DNA of 63,878 nucleotides, the filler included, from Sluysia triapertura (taxonomy: Eukaryota), in the NCBI GenBank assembly GCA_046118255.1. It is 5 parts of 5 records of this genome, joined end to end, with 100 filler letters (N's around TTAATTAATTAA, not from the genome) between each part and the next. Parts side by side here need not be neighbours in the genome. Positions count along the whole stretch, not along the records: positions 23,239 to 37,606 come from JBJNIA010262173.1; positions 37,707 to 52,887 come from JBJNIA010235889.1; 3 more parts are not named here. One strand, 5' to 3'. Below are positions 25,500 to 38,570 of the stretch, piece by piece. How positions within the stretch are numbered: the first letter of the stretch is position 1; each line of letters opens with the position of its first letter. The position numbers were made by a program, and so were the translations under genes. Below the pieces are notes generated by a model that worked only from the letters and a program-made list of their open reading frames with translations, was not told the origin of the DNA and made no database searches.

Positions 25500-25830
25500 A
25501 GAGTAGGAAGAGTCTTGCGAATAGAAATATTCTTCAGTCAGCATTTCTCAAAGTTGAAACATGTATTTCACATGATAAAGAAATACTCTCATTTTTTGCT
25601 TGTGACGACTGTTTGTCTTGCCTTTTCTAATATATATCTACAATTTAAGGATCTAGCTGATTTTTCATCACATGCATTTGATCCATATTAATAAATAGAT
25701 CAATAAATTGTTTGGACACGATCTATTATAAACTTCTTGGAGCTGTTGTTGAATTTCATCGACTTCTATCTTTCGAAGTACCAAAATTTGATCATATCTT
25801 ATTTATACTTTTTCTATCAAGAACATTTTT
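25500..25830 (-). mobile_element. mariner transposase N-terminal HTH remnant
   Basis: EKV*IRY...EIQQQLQEVYNRSCP resembles the mariner N-terminus. Confidence 0.45.
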
Positions 25831-27471
25831 AAAACTACTTATTGTAAAATAAAAGGACTTATTTTTAATATGATTTTATATATAATTGGAAGTTTATCAG
25901 CCGCAAAACTTTTGACACTACCACATACATAAGTTTTTATTTATAAGTAATTTATTAGTTTGCTAAAAATAATTCATTTATTTATTTTTGCAAACAAACC
26001 AATTCAAACTTTGTACAGCAACGAATTAAGTGATTCTAGTAATTAAACAAAACTTATTCTATATTTAATGTATCAATTTGTAAATAAAACTTTCTTTTAA
26101 TTCAAAACATACATCTATGATGATTCTTTATTCATGGACTATAAACAAGGAGGTTATTTAATAGAATATACCTCATTTATTTTAAAAGTGTAATTATATG
26201 AGATATTAAAAGAACGTAATATTTAAATTTACTGACAAAACTTAATCTTAGCGATAAATATCAACATTAGAAATATTTACTTTTGGTTTTATTTTTAAAG
26301 TCGCTATTATATTTGTATGAGACGATATTTTCACTTGAAATCTGAATTCTTTTGTTATTGATGATATGATGTGTTGCCAAAAATCCGAAATTTTTAATTT
26401 TTGAAGCATATTTTTATAATTAATTGCATTTTAAAAATTTATTTAATGGCAATCGATACTAAATCTTACTATCTCGTGAGCAACTGAATTGCATTAAAAT
26501 GTAGGTTGGTAAAAAAATTAACTTACGCTTGTTTAGTTGATACTGGCTTTACGTTATTTCATTACACTGTTAAAAGTGTGATTTGAGGTTTCAGAATGAT
26601 TTAAATGGGGTAATTGGCTAATGGTACAAAAGTGACAAGTAGAAATAAATGCGATTTATTGCACCATATAGATTTCCAAATAAGCTCAAATGAATTTAAA
26701 AGGCTTTGTATGCAAACAAGGATTTATATTATTTTTTGTGTTGAATGTTGCAAGAATAAATTACTCTCAGAATCTCAATTATATTAGAATCACTATATTG
26801 TATTTGCTCTCAAATTATCCATTTCTTAATCCAAATGAGAACTTTTCTCCTACATGATAAAATTTAGTTATTCCTAGATTTTGTATCAATGAATCTGAAC
26901 TACGATCCTGAATTCCTGAAGCCTTTTGAAAATGATCAACAGTGATTCCTAGGTTTCTTAAAAAAATATAACACTGTATTTCAGCATCAAACGGGGAGGT
27001 TATAGACTGCTGATTTTATTATTGTGTATTATTTTAATTTTTATTATTTATTTCAAGATCGCATGATCACGACACATAAAACAGGTGATGAAAAAATTTC
27101 GTCAGAAGACAATAAATCAAAATCAATATTTTCTTCATTTTAATTCATTCAATCATGCGATATAGTGAATTCGATAACATTTCTAAAAGTCAGTGTGTTC
27201 AAGATTTGTATCTGTCTTGTAATTTAGACTTGACTTAAACTCATTTTAAAATAGTCGCTTTAAGAAGAGGAAATGATAATTAGGACTTATTATTTTTAAC
27301 ATCATTAGTGATACTGTCATGTTAAGGAAAAATTATAACTTTTCTGTTTTCTACAATCAGTTATAATTATCTTAATAAACATAAATTAAGATATAGATTT
27401 CGTTAGAAAATTATTTCTTTTGAAGTTCTCAACTAAACCAAAATTCAAATTTATAAGATTTATTATTTCAG

Positions 27472-27650
27472 CTTCTTACCGAGAAAAATGGAGGGTGTCT
27501 TCATATGCAATGTCGTAATTGTGATATAGATTGGTGTTTTGGTTGTGGAGAGCGAATGATTGAGATCAAAAGCATACCAGGCATGAATCATCATTCTCGG
27601 TTTACGTTTTTTGGTTGCAAAAGACTGATTAAGAATCCTTTCAAAAGAAT
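27472..27650 (+). CDS. RNF217: RBR E3 ubiquitin ligase (RNF217-like) exon, RING2 domain
   Basis: tttcag acceptor; LLTEKNGGCLHMQCRNCDIDWCFGCGERM...HHSRFTFFGCK; GTTAGT donor, phase 2. Confidence 0.8.
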
Positions 27651-29419
27651 GTTAGTTTAAATAGTTCCAAGGACAAAATTGAATTTAAGTCCATTAAAAG
27701 TTTATAATAGTACTCAATTAGTATCTAAAATAAAGTTATTGAAAATTTGATAAGCATTGTTTAATTGAATTGTTTTATAAATAACTCATCTACAATAATA
27801 AAGCAACCAATGTATAACTAGTGTCTTGGAAAGAAAAATATGTTAAAACATTCTTCAAGTAAAGATATAATTGTGTGTCACATAGAAATTAAAATAGAAT
27901 ATAAATGTTCATTTAATACAACAATTATTTCTTTTATATAATTATTATTATATAAGTAATATTAATATTATAAGTAATTATAATAATTATTATTATTACT
28001 ATTATTATTATTTATTTATTTTAAATTAAAATTTTCATAAAACTTTTAAATAAAATAAAATAAATAAAATTCGAAATAAATTTTAAAAATAAAAGTATAA
28101 TTAATTTATGAAGAAAACAACAATAGAACTTAAAAATATGGAGTACAACTCACTTCATTTAATTAGCAAATAGGGATAAGTATACGTTAAACGGACACGC
28201 CGGAGGAATGAATAAACATTCGATGTTACTAAAATGGAAGTGAAGAAACTAATGCTAGCAAGGACAAACCAACTAAACCAATAATAAATAAGTAAATTAT
28301 AATATAATCAAATCAATATTATAGGAATAAATAAATGAAATTGGTCACAAATACACATTAATTTATATTTACTGGAGAAAGAAATTGGCCACATAATCGG
28401 AATTTATTGGCTATCATATATTTGGTGGCCTAATTTTAAAACCTTAAATTTGGCCAAAAATTACTTTTATAATTTTGAAAATTTTTAATATATTAATTCA
28501 CCAAAATATTATTTTATTTCACAATCTGCGTAGGATTTTGATGTAAGAGATTGAATCATATTTATTAGTGATGAGTATAGTTCTTAATGACAAAAAATGT
28601 TACTAAATATCATTATCGTCGTTCTTGTAATCGTAGTTTTTGTGCAAACATCGATAAAAATCCAAAGCTACTAACTGAAATTCAGCGTCAAATTTACATT
28701 TTCTTAACTGCATATTTTGTGATAGTATAAATTTTATATTCATATAGAAGAATTTATTGGTTTTCGACGTATAAAGTAAAGTGCCTCTGAAATTGAATTT
28801 CTGTTTATATAAAATCATCTAATATGGCTGAACGTTTGGTTGCTATATTCTAAAATGGCTTTGCGTGTTTTTCTTTTAGTTTTGGAATAAGCATGTAAAA
28901 CTCAACCATGCATTCATAATAAATCACTATTGATGGAAAAAAAGTGGTTTTCTGATAATATGAAAAATTGTTGGTTATTTTAATTTCATAATAAACAAAG
29001 TATTAGTTTATATAATTGATTTTATTTGATCATTAACATTTATATTTGATTTATAATTAAAGCATATTATTTTTTACATAGATTAGTAAGTAATATAGCT
29101 GAATCAAAGTCAAATATAAATTTACTTTAAAGTATAAAAAATGATATTTTGACTTAATTTAACTATTAGATTTGCATTAATTAGAAAATCAATGTGATCA
29201 ATAGATAATTCCAAAATTATGGTATTTAATAACGTATTCATAGTTGTATAATCTATTTTAAACATAAGTAAAAAAATCAATCTTATCAATTTCTTATTTA
29301 AATTAAATTATATTTGTTTAAGATAACAATTTAATAATTGTATTTAATTTATTGAAAGTAATAAATAACAAATAATACAGTACAATTATAAAGGATAATA
29401 ATAATAATAATAATAACCT

Positions 29420-31400
29420 CTTCCAGTCATTTTAGCTTATGTTTATTCGTTCAATTTGATAAGTTGCTTATAAATATATTCTATCATTATCTGGGTCGAA
29501 GTGTCTTTATTGACACAGACTAACAATGTTTTATAATCAATGTCGGTGAATTCGTAATTCTCCGTTAAGTAATTTAATTAATATAATTCATGTAATAAGA
29601 TTTTCTTTTATTATCGAGTTTTACTTAGTTTCTAAGTATAAGCTGTTGTGTTCTTTACCGTAGTACCATAAAGAATTTCAGTGTGACTAAGTCGCGTAAA
29701 TATTCTGGCATTAAAATATTCATTAGTTTGTCTCTTATCATAAATTAAGTAATAACTCCGAAATTTTCTTTCGAGTTTTCTTGTGGCTGAACTTATTGTT
29801 CATTTCACAACCATAAAACAAAGAAAGGTTCAGACTAGTCTTTACACACGCGATCGTTCTTAAATTAAAAGTCGGTCTTCACGTTGTTTTACGATACTGT
29901 ATATTTTCACTATGTCATTTGCTTGGAGATATTTTATGTTAATATTTAGTTCCATAAGATATTCAGTAAACTACTATTATCGGTAACTATCCTCGGAATT
30001 CCACAAATTGTCGAGAATAAGATTAAATTTCTCAAATATGCTTTGTTAATTTGTATCAGAAATGGGAATGAAGAATGCTAATCTGACATTTAAGATGATA
30101 TAATTATGTATTTGTTGGAATGGTCCCGTAAAATCCGTTGAGATTGTATCATATCATTTGTGTTCCTGTCAATAGTTTTTAGTAGTTTAAAGATCTTAGA
30201 GAAAAGTTGATTACAAGCTTTAGATCTCTTTAAATATTTAATTGTGTCTAATTTACGACCATCGGTAGTATGCTTCTAATACCAATATGGCCTTCATGTT
30301 TTTCTTATGATTTTAGGTCAAATATCAAAATTATATCTTCCATCGTAACTTAATATTTTAACAATTTATGCTTACTATTTCATACTTACGTTTTATTTCT
30401 TCCGTTGGAAATAAGCCAATTATTTATAAGACACATCTTACCAGAATCATCTTCAATTTCTGACTGTCTTTTGAAATGAGGATTCTTGCAATTTTTCCGC
30501 ATTCACACTTCCTCGTAATTTATATTCATTTCGTAAAAAAAGCAAAGATGGTTTACTCGACCTAACTCCAATTATAATCTTTGAAAATCACTTTCACAAT
30601 ATTTATTCTATTTAAATTCAGCTTTCATAACTTTCTACAAATTCCTGATCAATATTTCGCAATCATGGAATGATTTCTGATTAATACAACAAATCCTAGA
30701 AACATGCACAACTCAGCATGAGTACAGTCTAATTGCTTTTAATTTCTCTAGACATAGAACAATGCCATTTTTACAACGTTCAAGAAACTTTATTTAGTTT
30801 TTACGACAAATACTCTTGCTTTCGTTGATATCCGCTTTGAATGGCTTTAAACTATCCAAAACCTCTGTAGATTGACATCATATCCAAGCACCAGGATAGC
30901 ACATGACATCATTAAAACCATATATAATGTGATCCATGCACTTTTGGAATATCTTGGAGACATAACTAACACTGAATGGGTTCTTATCGGAAACGGTAAA
31001 ATGGGGTACGAAGTATTCATTGATTTTTTTATAATTTTTAAGAATAAAACTAATAATACAATGCGCAATACAATAATATAATAACCAATGTGACTTAACA
31101 ATAATGTTAGTTTCAAGGTTTGATGTGACTTCCACCATTTTAACGTAGGTTGATATAAAGGGTTTAGGAGATGCTATTTTTACATTATTAACTTGTATTA
31201 ATTTGTGCATGTTAATGTTTAGTTTTCGTTTCCATTTTATTAAAATTACACGTGTTTAGTAATTTCAGTTGAATCTGAACTTTTTTTTACTGACTCATTA
31301 AGTATGTTTGGTTCCATCTCATTATCCTTTGTATTTAAATAACTTTGTAAGGTATTTCTTTTTCAGGTTTTTAAACGATTCTATGGAACGCCCAGAGTAT
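29420..31400 (-). mobile_element. Decayed Gypsy pol (RT plus integrase) inside the RNF217-like intron
   Basis: PFSVSYVSKIFQKCMDHIIYGFNDVMCY (RT PFG...FQ..MD...YLDD region), TISTDFTGPF and IVTDN (integrase core). Confidence 0.7.
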
Positions 31401-31849
31401 TAGAGTGTCACAAAATTGTTCAAGTTTTATTTTTTGTTTTGCAAAATAGAATCTAGTATATTGTCTGTTATTACTGTGTATTAAAATAGAATCATTGTAT
31501 TGTCATTGTGTTTTACTTCAGCATTAGATGAATTACAATTAAATTTGAGTAATTACCGTACAAAAAATATTGTATAGATTATAATTAATGTGTGTAACAT
31601 CTTAATATTTATGACTACATTTTGTGAACTGAAAACACAGCAATTACGTAATTTAAATCGAAGTATCAATAATAAAAATGTTGCATTAATTAGATTTTAT
31701 TTTGAGATATAATTTTATATGAAACATACAATTTAATAAAATTAATATGGTTTTTCTCATTAAATTATGGTTTTTATAATCAATGAGAAACATTTTTTTG
31801 AGAATTATTGATTTTCTATTATTATTATTATTATGATTATTATATTTAG

Positions 31850-31982
31850 ATTTATTCGAACAAGCGTAACTGCTGGGTGCATTTTGGTTCTTCCTATTGG
31901 CCTGGCTTTGGTTTTAGGATTAAGTCCCATATTACTAAGCACGTGTGGCATATTTTTATGTGTTCAAAAATTTAAAAAATGA
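31850..31982 (+). CDS. RNF217: RNF217-like terminal exon (transmembrane segment)
   Basis: tttag acceptor, phase compatible with 27650; FIRTSVTAGCILVLPIGLALVLGLSPILLSTCGIFLCVQKFKK* resembles RNF217 VRGSVCAGKLFIAPL..VLGLA. Confidence 0.75.
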
Positions 31983-32249
31983 TGTGATAAACATTTTTCG
32001 TTATTGTTAAATCATTTTTTTAGTTTTATTTCCTCAATTTATATCTACATATGGTGGCTATATTTGCAGTATAATTGAAAACAAAATAAACTTAATCACT
32101 TTAACAAGCCACCAAAAAGAGATGTATTTACAATTTTTTAACTTTTTTGTTATTTATAATAATTGTACTTTTATATTTTTCACAATTAAAACAAAATTTT
32201 AAAATTGTGCTTGAATAATTTTAATTTTATCGAAATGTTTTTTGAATTA

Positions 32250-32461
32250 TTAATCCTAATACGAGAAGCTCACATATGTTACATAAACGGGCAACATGGG
32301 TCAGGGTAACTTAGTAATATAAGAATAATTTAATATCTTTAATAATTTAAAGTCTTTATTTTTAAACAAGTATATAATTACTTAAATAGTTATATACATA
32401 AATGTTCAATTAAAATGCGAAATGAGTACGGGGTATTCATGTTAGCCAGTACTAGGATTAA
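32250..32461. mobile_element. TTAA-flanked MITE (piggyBac-like)
   Basis: Inverted ends TTAA-tcctaatac ... gtactagga-TTAA. Confidence 0.55.
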
Positions 32462-34674
32462 TATTAATACTTCCTGAAGGAAGAATAACAAAATTAATGA
32501 ATCTTTCGTTTCAGTTGGTGTGATAGTGATAGGAAAGATGATAATGGAAGATTGGCATATTGAACATTTCCAAAAACGAAATACTCTATTGTCTAATATC
32601 TTCTGACAAATGTTAAAAAGATCAATTTATTGATGGAAAGTGTTTAAAATGTCGAAGCAATTATGCAAGCTAAAGACGACTCAATCAAATTCTAGCTTTC
32701 TAATTTTTTAATTTAAATCAGAATTTATATCATTTCTAAGTAAATTTTTATTTGATTTATTGGTAAGCGTTATTCCGCTTTTGCGCCATTTTGGACTTTT
32801 AAGGTACGTACTTTTCAAAATATATTGTACAATTTTACACTTTGAAAGATAAGACAATATTTATCAATTAGATGAAAAAAAGTGTACATAAAAATACATG
32901 CATCATTGTCTAATTTAGTTAACTAAAGATATAAAATATTTAAGTTTAAAAGCAGTGCCATGAAAATTTTATAATTTTTTGAAAAACTGAATACATCAAA
33001 GTTAAAATATTGAATGTTCTATACCTTAGTATATATAGAAACGTTTCTAATGTTTATTTCTTATGTTTGACAAACTCGTATTTCGTTTTTAGATGTTAGT
33101 CTAACAATTAATATCGAAGTATTCAAAACATTGCTAAATATTTTAAAAATAGATAAGAAATTAAAGAATTAAATATTTTCTTTTTGGTTACAGTTTAGTT
33201 TATGGAAGTTTATCAAATTATATTTATTCAATATGATATTATGTTAAAAGATTTCAATAATCGTTTCTGAAGTATATAAAGTAAAATAATGTTTGTGTTG
33301 GTTTTGTATTTAACGGTTGTTGTCTTTCTAACGATCACTTAAATTATTCTGTTATTCAATTCTTATGTAATCGAAAAAGTGCTCGAGTAACGAAATATTA
33401 TTAATTTAAAAATAACTTTACTTTTACATATGAAAAATGTAGATGATTATGTTATACGTTTAGAAATATTAAAGATATAATTTAAATTTTGAATTATTTT
33501 TAATATTTAACGTTCATGAACACTACCTCAGAAACAAGATAAATAAATAACACCTAGTTGAGTTTAATATTACTTTTTTTACATGAAGTAGAAAAATTAG
33601 TGTAAAGTAGTAATATGAGTGAAAAAACTTAGTCTGAAATGATTAATTTTTAATACTTTAGTTTTATGTTATAAATTCGTTTAATTTAGTAAACACGAAT
33701 ATGCATTTTAAGTGTTGAAAAATGCATAAATTAAACGAAGTTAGCTCGTTTTCACTTTAATACGATTTATTTGTTCATTACATATTTTCTTAGTAAATTT
33801 TCATGGCATAAAGCAATTCATGTAAGAGTTTGTATACTTTTTATAAATTTAATATTTTGAAAATAAAAATTTTTTTGTATATTTTTTATTCTTTTCTTTG
33901 TTGTTTAAAAACTGTTTGTTTCGTCTACATGTGCTTGATATATTTATTAAGAAAATTGATGTTTAGTCTAAGTTTTATAATTTATTTTTAAATTGCATTA
34001 ATGCGAAGTTAATCTTGATATTTCATGCACATAAATAGATCAAGTACGAAAATTCGAGTTTCTTTTCCCTTTCACAGATGTAATTATTTTATAGATTTTG
34101 CAAACGTTTACTTTGTACATCATATAATTCAATTTCATTTTATATTTGAGTAATAAATTTCATTTTTTGTTAGTATTTAAGTTTATTTCGATTTTTGTGG
34201 GATTGCAGAAAAAGCATGAACTGTATTAACAAGGAGCATATGTTTTGAAAAATATAAAAATATTTCGTGTTGAGGTACATTCACTCGATACCTTCCAGAG
34301 TTCGAAATTCGGAACAAAGTGAATATTTATAATTACATTTGAGGCGGTACTTATTATAATAACGGTAGCACATTAATTTTTAAGTGGTATCTATAACGAA
34401 AAAGTGCTTATAAAGCACCATTTATAATTTTGAAAAAGAAAGGACTGTCAAAGATTTCGTCATTCCCAGCAATTCCACATAGGTGGTTGTATATTTTGTA
34501 GTTTATATTTTTCAAGTTTTTAAAAAAGTGAAATATAAATCTTTTCATGGGATGTTAGTAGTGTTACGTCTAGCAAATTAATTTAAAATTTAGTAATTTT
34601 AAATTCAAACCAAGACTGGAATCCTTATATTTTTTATTTAATTAATACCACTTATCAATTAGTACAATAATATA

Positions 34675-35135
34675 TTGTTGGGATTGCCAAACTGTAGATC
34701 AGGAGATGAGTAAGAAACAAATAGAACTGTAAAATCAAGGAAAAACTGATACAAAGTGATGGATTAAACATTATAAACATTGTTGAAATAAGAATCATGA
34801 TAAAGAAAACATCTATAATAATGTTAACAGTTAAAGAATACCTTGGAGTTCCAAAGACCTATACAAGGGTTTGAGATCTTGTGGAAGCTTGAGATGGACT
34901 TGAAAAATCTTTAGAAGCATTAAGGTATCTTTGAACTTTAGAACCTTTGGATCATTGAAGACCTTAGTAACTTTTAAGTATTCTTGAAATATCGATAAGC
35001 ATTTGAGATCCTTTAGTAACCTTATAAAGTGTATAAAATCTTTAAAATAATTGAGAAATAAAATATTTGTTCAAAATAATAAAGATAAGTTTAACATAGT
35101 AATAATTAACATGATGAAGTAGAAAAATGAATCAG
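34675..35135. repeat. Dispersed repeat, inverted copy of 1375-1810
   Basis: Reverse-complement similarity seen by eye. Confidence 0.65.
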
Positions 35136-36406
35136 AGAGGTGAAGGTGAAAACATCTAGAACCTCCTGAATGCCTTATTAATTACTAAATAACTTTAGAA
35201 CCTAAGAATAAGATTAAGTCTAAAAAGAGATTAATTACTTTAAAATCTTAATTAACTTAATTAAGAAAAAGTACGCTTTTGAATGCGGAGTGCTATGTTA
35301 AATTTGAAATTGTGTATGTATTTGTTTTAAAAAGACCTTTCGATGAAGGTATGATTTGACCGAGTTCATGCAAGGAAAACCTTAATATTGATCAACGTCA
35401 AATTTTAATTAATTTTTAATTATGGAATGTTAACAAAAATTAACAATATTATATTATTTATTTAAATTATTCATTAAAAAATGGAGTAAATAAACTATTT
35501 ATATCTTATTGGCTGAAAAACTGTTTAAAAAGGCTTAGCATTATAACGAAAATACAACGTCGATAATAGTAAAAGAGACTGCCTATTGGAAACATTAAAC
35601 AGCAAATTTTTTGAAATCGTCAATATTAAACTACTCCGTGGTATTCAATCGGAATTGTCAAAAATTATCAAATTTGTATTTAATCGATTTGGAAGATACC
35701 CTTTCAAAAAATCATACTTTTTTTTCATGCCATGAATAAGTTTGTTAATTTTTGTTAAGCTCCAGCAATAATACATTGCCTTAAAATATACTCAAAATCA
35801 TGATAATTTCGAAACTGAAGCATTCACCTGACTCAAAATCTTATTTAAAATCAAAAATTTATTATTATCCAGGAGAAATCCTGAAGTTGAATAAAACACC
35901 GAATACTTTTACTTATAGAAAGTGAAGTTTCTTTAAATTGTTTAAGTTTTACTTCATAAAAACAGGCATTTCAAGTTGTGATTATAAATTCGATTAGTAT
36001 TAACGTGACTAAATATTTAAATATGGAAAAAATTTATGGAATAAATATTATTTAATTTAAACAAAATAAAAATTAAATTTTTATAAACTCTAAGCATAAA
36101 ACATACACCTAAAAATATTAAACATTTTACTAATAAAAATTTTGTGCAAAATAAAAAATATTATTTGTACAGAATCAATAATATTCTTCCTGTAAATGTC
36201 ACAATTAATAAAACTATGTAATACCTGTAAAACTAACAGCACACAAACTGTACAAAATTACCAATGAAATTTCATTATATTTGCACATCCTTACAATTGC
36301 AAGCATCAAATTGTATTCAAGAGTAAAGCATTATTTAACCCAATTCAAACGGTTGGAATTTGAATTTGAATAGTAGTTTTAAAAAACTTAAGATTGTTCT
36401 TCCATA

Positions 36407-36482
36407 ATGTTTGGAATTACAATTCGGAGTTTAGTATTTTATATTTTCATCATTGGATTATTTATAAATGGATTTGTATATG
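36407..36482 (+). CDS. Probable first exon of a secreted or membrane protein (signal peptide)
   Basis: MFGITIRSLVFYIFIIGLFINGFVY(G) followed by a consensus G|GTGAGT phase-1 donor. Confidence 0.55.
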
Positions 36483-37562
36483 GTGAGTTTATGGATTTTA
36501 TATTTAAATATCTATTGAATTTTTTTGTTATTAAATTTATAATTTTATTCAAATATTTATTTGTGTTTATAAATGCATGTTTTGTATAGAAGTTTAAAAT
36601 TATAAAATACAGTTAAAAAACTAGAATTTATAATAACTAGGAAAATAATTTGAATTATTCCTGGTCTTCGGTGATTCCAAATCACCAGAAAAGCAATTAC
36701 ATCAAGATAAAAACAACCACTTAGATAAATAAAGGTATTGTAATCCAAAATGTAATTGGTAGCTTACTACATTTAAAATGCAAGATATCGCAAAAACAAT
36801 ATAACTTATCAAGATATACGAAGCACAATCAATTACTTATTCACAGAATGATTAAAAAATTAGTATTGCCACTAAGTGAAACATTAACAACAACAATAAT
36901 AATAATAATAAAATAATATTCGCGCAACTGAAAACAAAGATATGAAAATAAATAAAACTGGAAACAAACTATGTGCTTGTAATTTCTGTTCAAATTTCCC
37001 CTTGTAAGTTCAGAATTATAAGTATTTTTCTTAAAGGAGTGTTATTTCGGGGAAACAAACTTAAAGAAAGCTGCATGGTAGATTTATTATGGTGAGTTTT
37101 GGTTGTGGTTCACGTTTGTTGGAATTAATGTTTCAGGATTAATTTTTATAAACGATTAATAATGCTTCAATAAAATTTAATGAAGATTGTTTGTGAAATG
37201 ACAATTGAAGTGAAATTGCTTGGAAAAAATTAAAGTGTATTGTAGTTACCGCTTATAGACTATTCTAATTACGAACAATACAGTGTTTTATATTTTATTT
37301 TCATCTTTTGGTTTTGCTCCTTAGGATAATTTTGTTATGTATATTTGTTATGGTAACTTGTACGTATTTGTTTTAATACTTGATAATTTTAATTCTTATG
37401 TTGGAACTATGGGTATTGAATATTTCATTTTATTTTCCAAATTACATTTTTTACTTTATTGTGTATCAATTATTTGAATTTCATTTCGATTAATTTATTT
37501 ATTTCATTATGCTCACGAATTCGAGTTAAAGTATATGTTAAAGCACAAATCTAAATAATAAG

Positions 37563-37606
<44 letters not shown>

Positions 37607-37706
37607 NNNNNNNNNNNNNNNNNNNNNNNNNNNNNNNNNNNNNNNNNNNNTTAATTAATTAANNNNNNNNNNNNNNNNNNNNNNNNNNNNNNNNNNNNNN
37701 NNNNNN
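37607..37706. other. Artificial scaffold linker
   Basis: N44-TTAATTAATTAA-N44. Confidence 0.95.
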
Positions 37707-38368
37707 ATTCAGACCAGTTAGCATTAACATTCTAAGATATTTAAAGCTTCATAAATTAAACTTTGCACTTCCATCGTTCCACCCACGACGAGTGAACGAG
37801 CGACTCCAAATAAGCAAACTCACGAGACTAATATAAATTCGCTAGAGCATATTTTGAGAATAAATCACCGAGTGGAAATAAGACAGAGCCAAACCGAGTA
37901 AATAAACAAATATCAAAGACAAAAGAGAAATAAATAATAAACAACAACTTTAATAAAATATATAACATTGTCTTTAAATTTTCTTTGTGATCACTATTCG
38001 GTTCAAACTGCCAGCGTTGAAAAATGACAATTCAGTTTAAATAAAAGTTATATCTTTAATTTCATATATAATTTCAAGTAAAAAATTAAAAATAAAGTAT
38101 GTTTGCTTAGTGGGATACTCGTTCAATGTTTTAATCCATTCAAGATTTTGAATAGCGAATATTTTTATTTAAGACTTCTTACATGGCTCAATAATAATGT
38201 CGAATACTTGTTTCCAAACACCATTTAAAACTCAGTATAAATTAAGAGTATCAATGTTTAATCAGAAACAATTTTGGGCATATTGTAAACAATGTCTTTT
38301 GCAGATATATTTATTAAAACATTTAATATAGATGTGAGATAACTTTGTTCATAATTATTTTTATACTT

Positions 38369-38570
38369 TGTAAGTCCCCTATGATGTTAGGCTTATACAA
38401 TTAAGGGCCAACTCATAGGTGCCAACGAAAGGATAAGAATGCAAGTTTAATTGGAGGTCACGAAGACTAATATGTTCAATGTATTATAAGTACGCTTATT
38501 GGCGAGATTATAGCTTGTATATTTTAAATAGGATCCGATTTAAAAGGATCTTGCAATTATTAATGTTAGA
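38369..38570 (+). repeat. Solo-LTR-like repeat, also at 50601-50790
   Basis: TGT.AGTCCCC.ATGAT...CTTATACA.TTAAGGGCCAACT shared; starts with TG. Confidence 0.6.

Noticed and set aside
28603-28818. RKCKFDAEFQLVALDFY as a pogo-type DNA-binding domain
   Set aside because: A single short motif, too weak to call.
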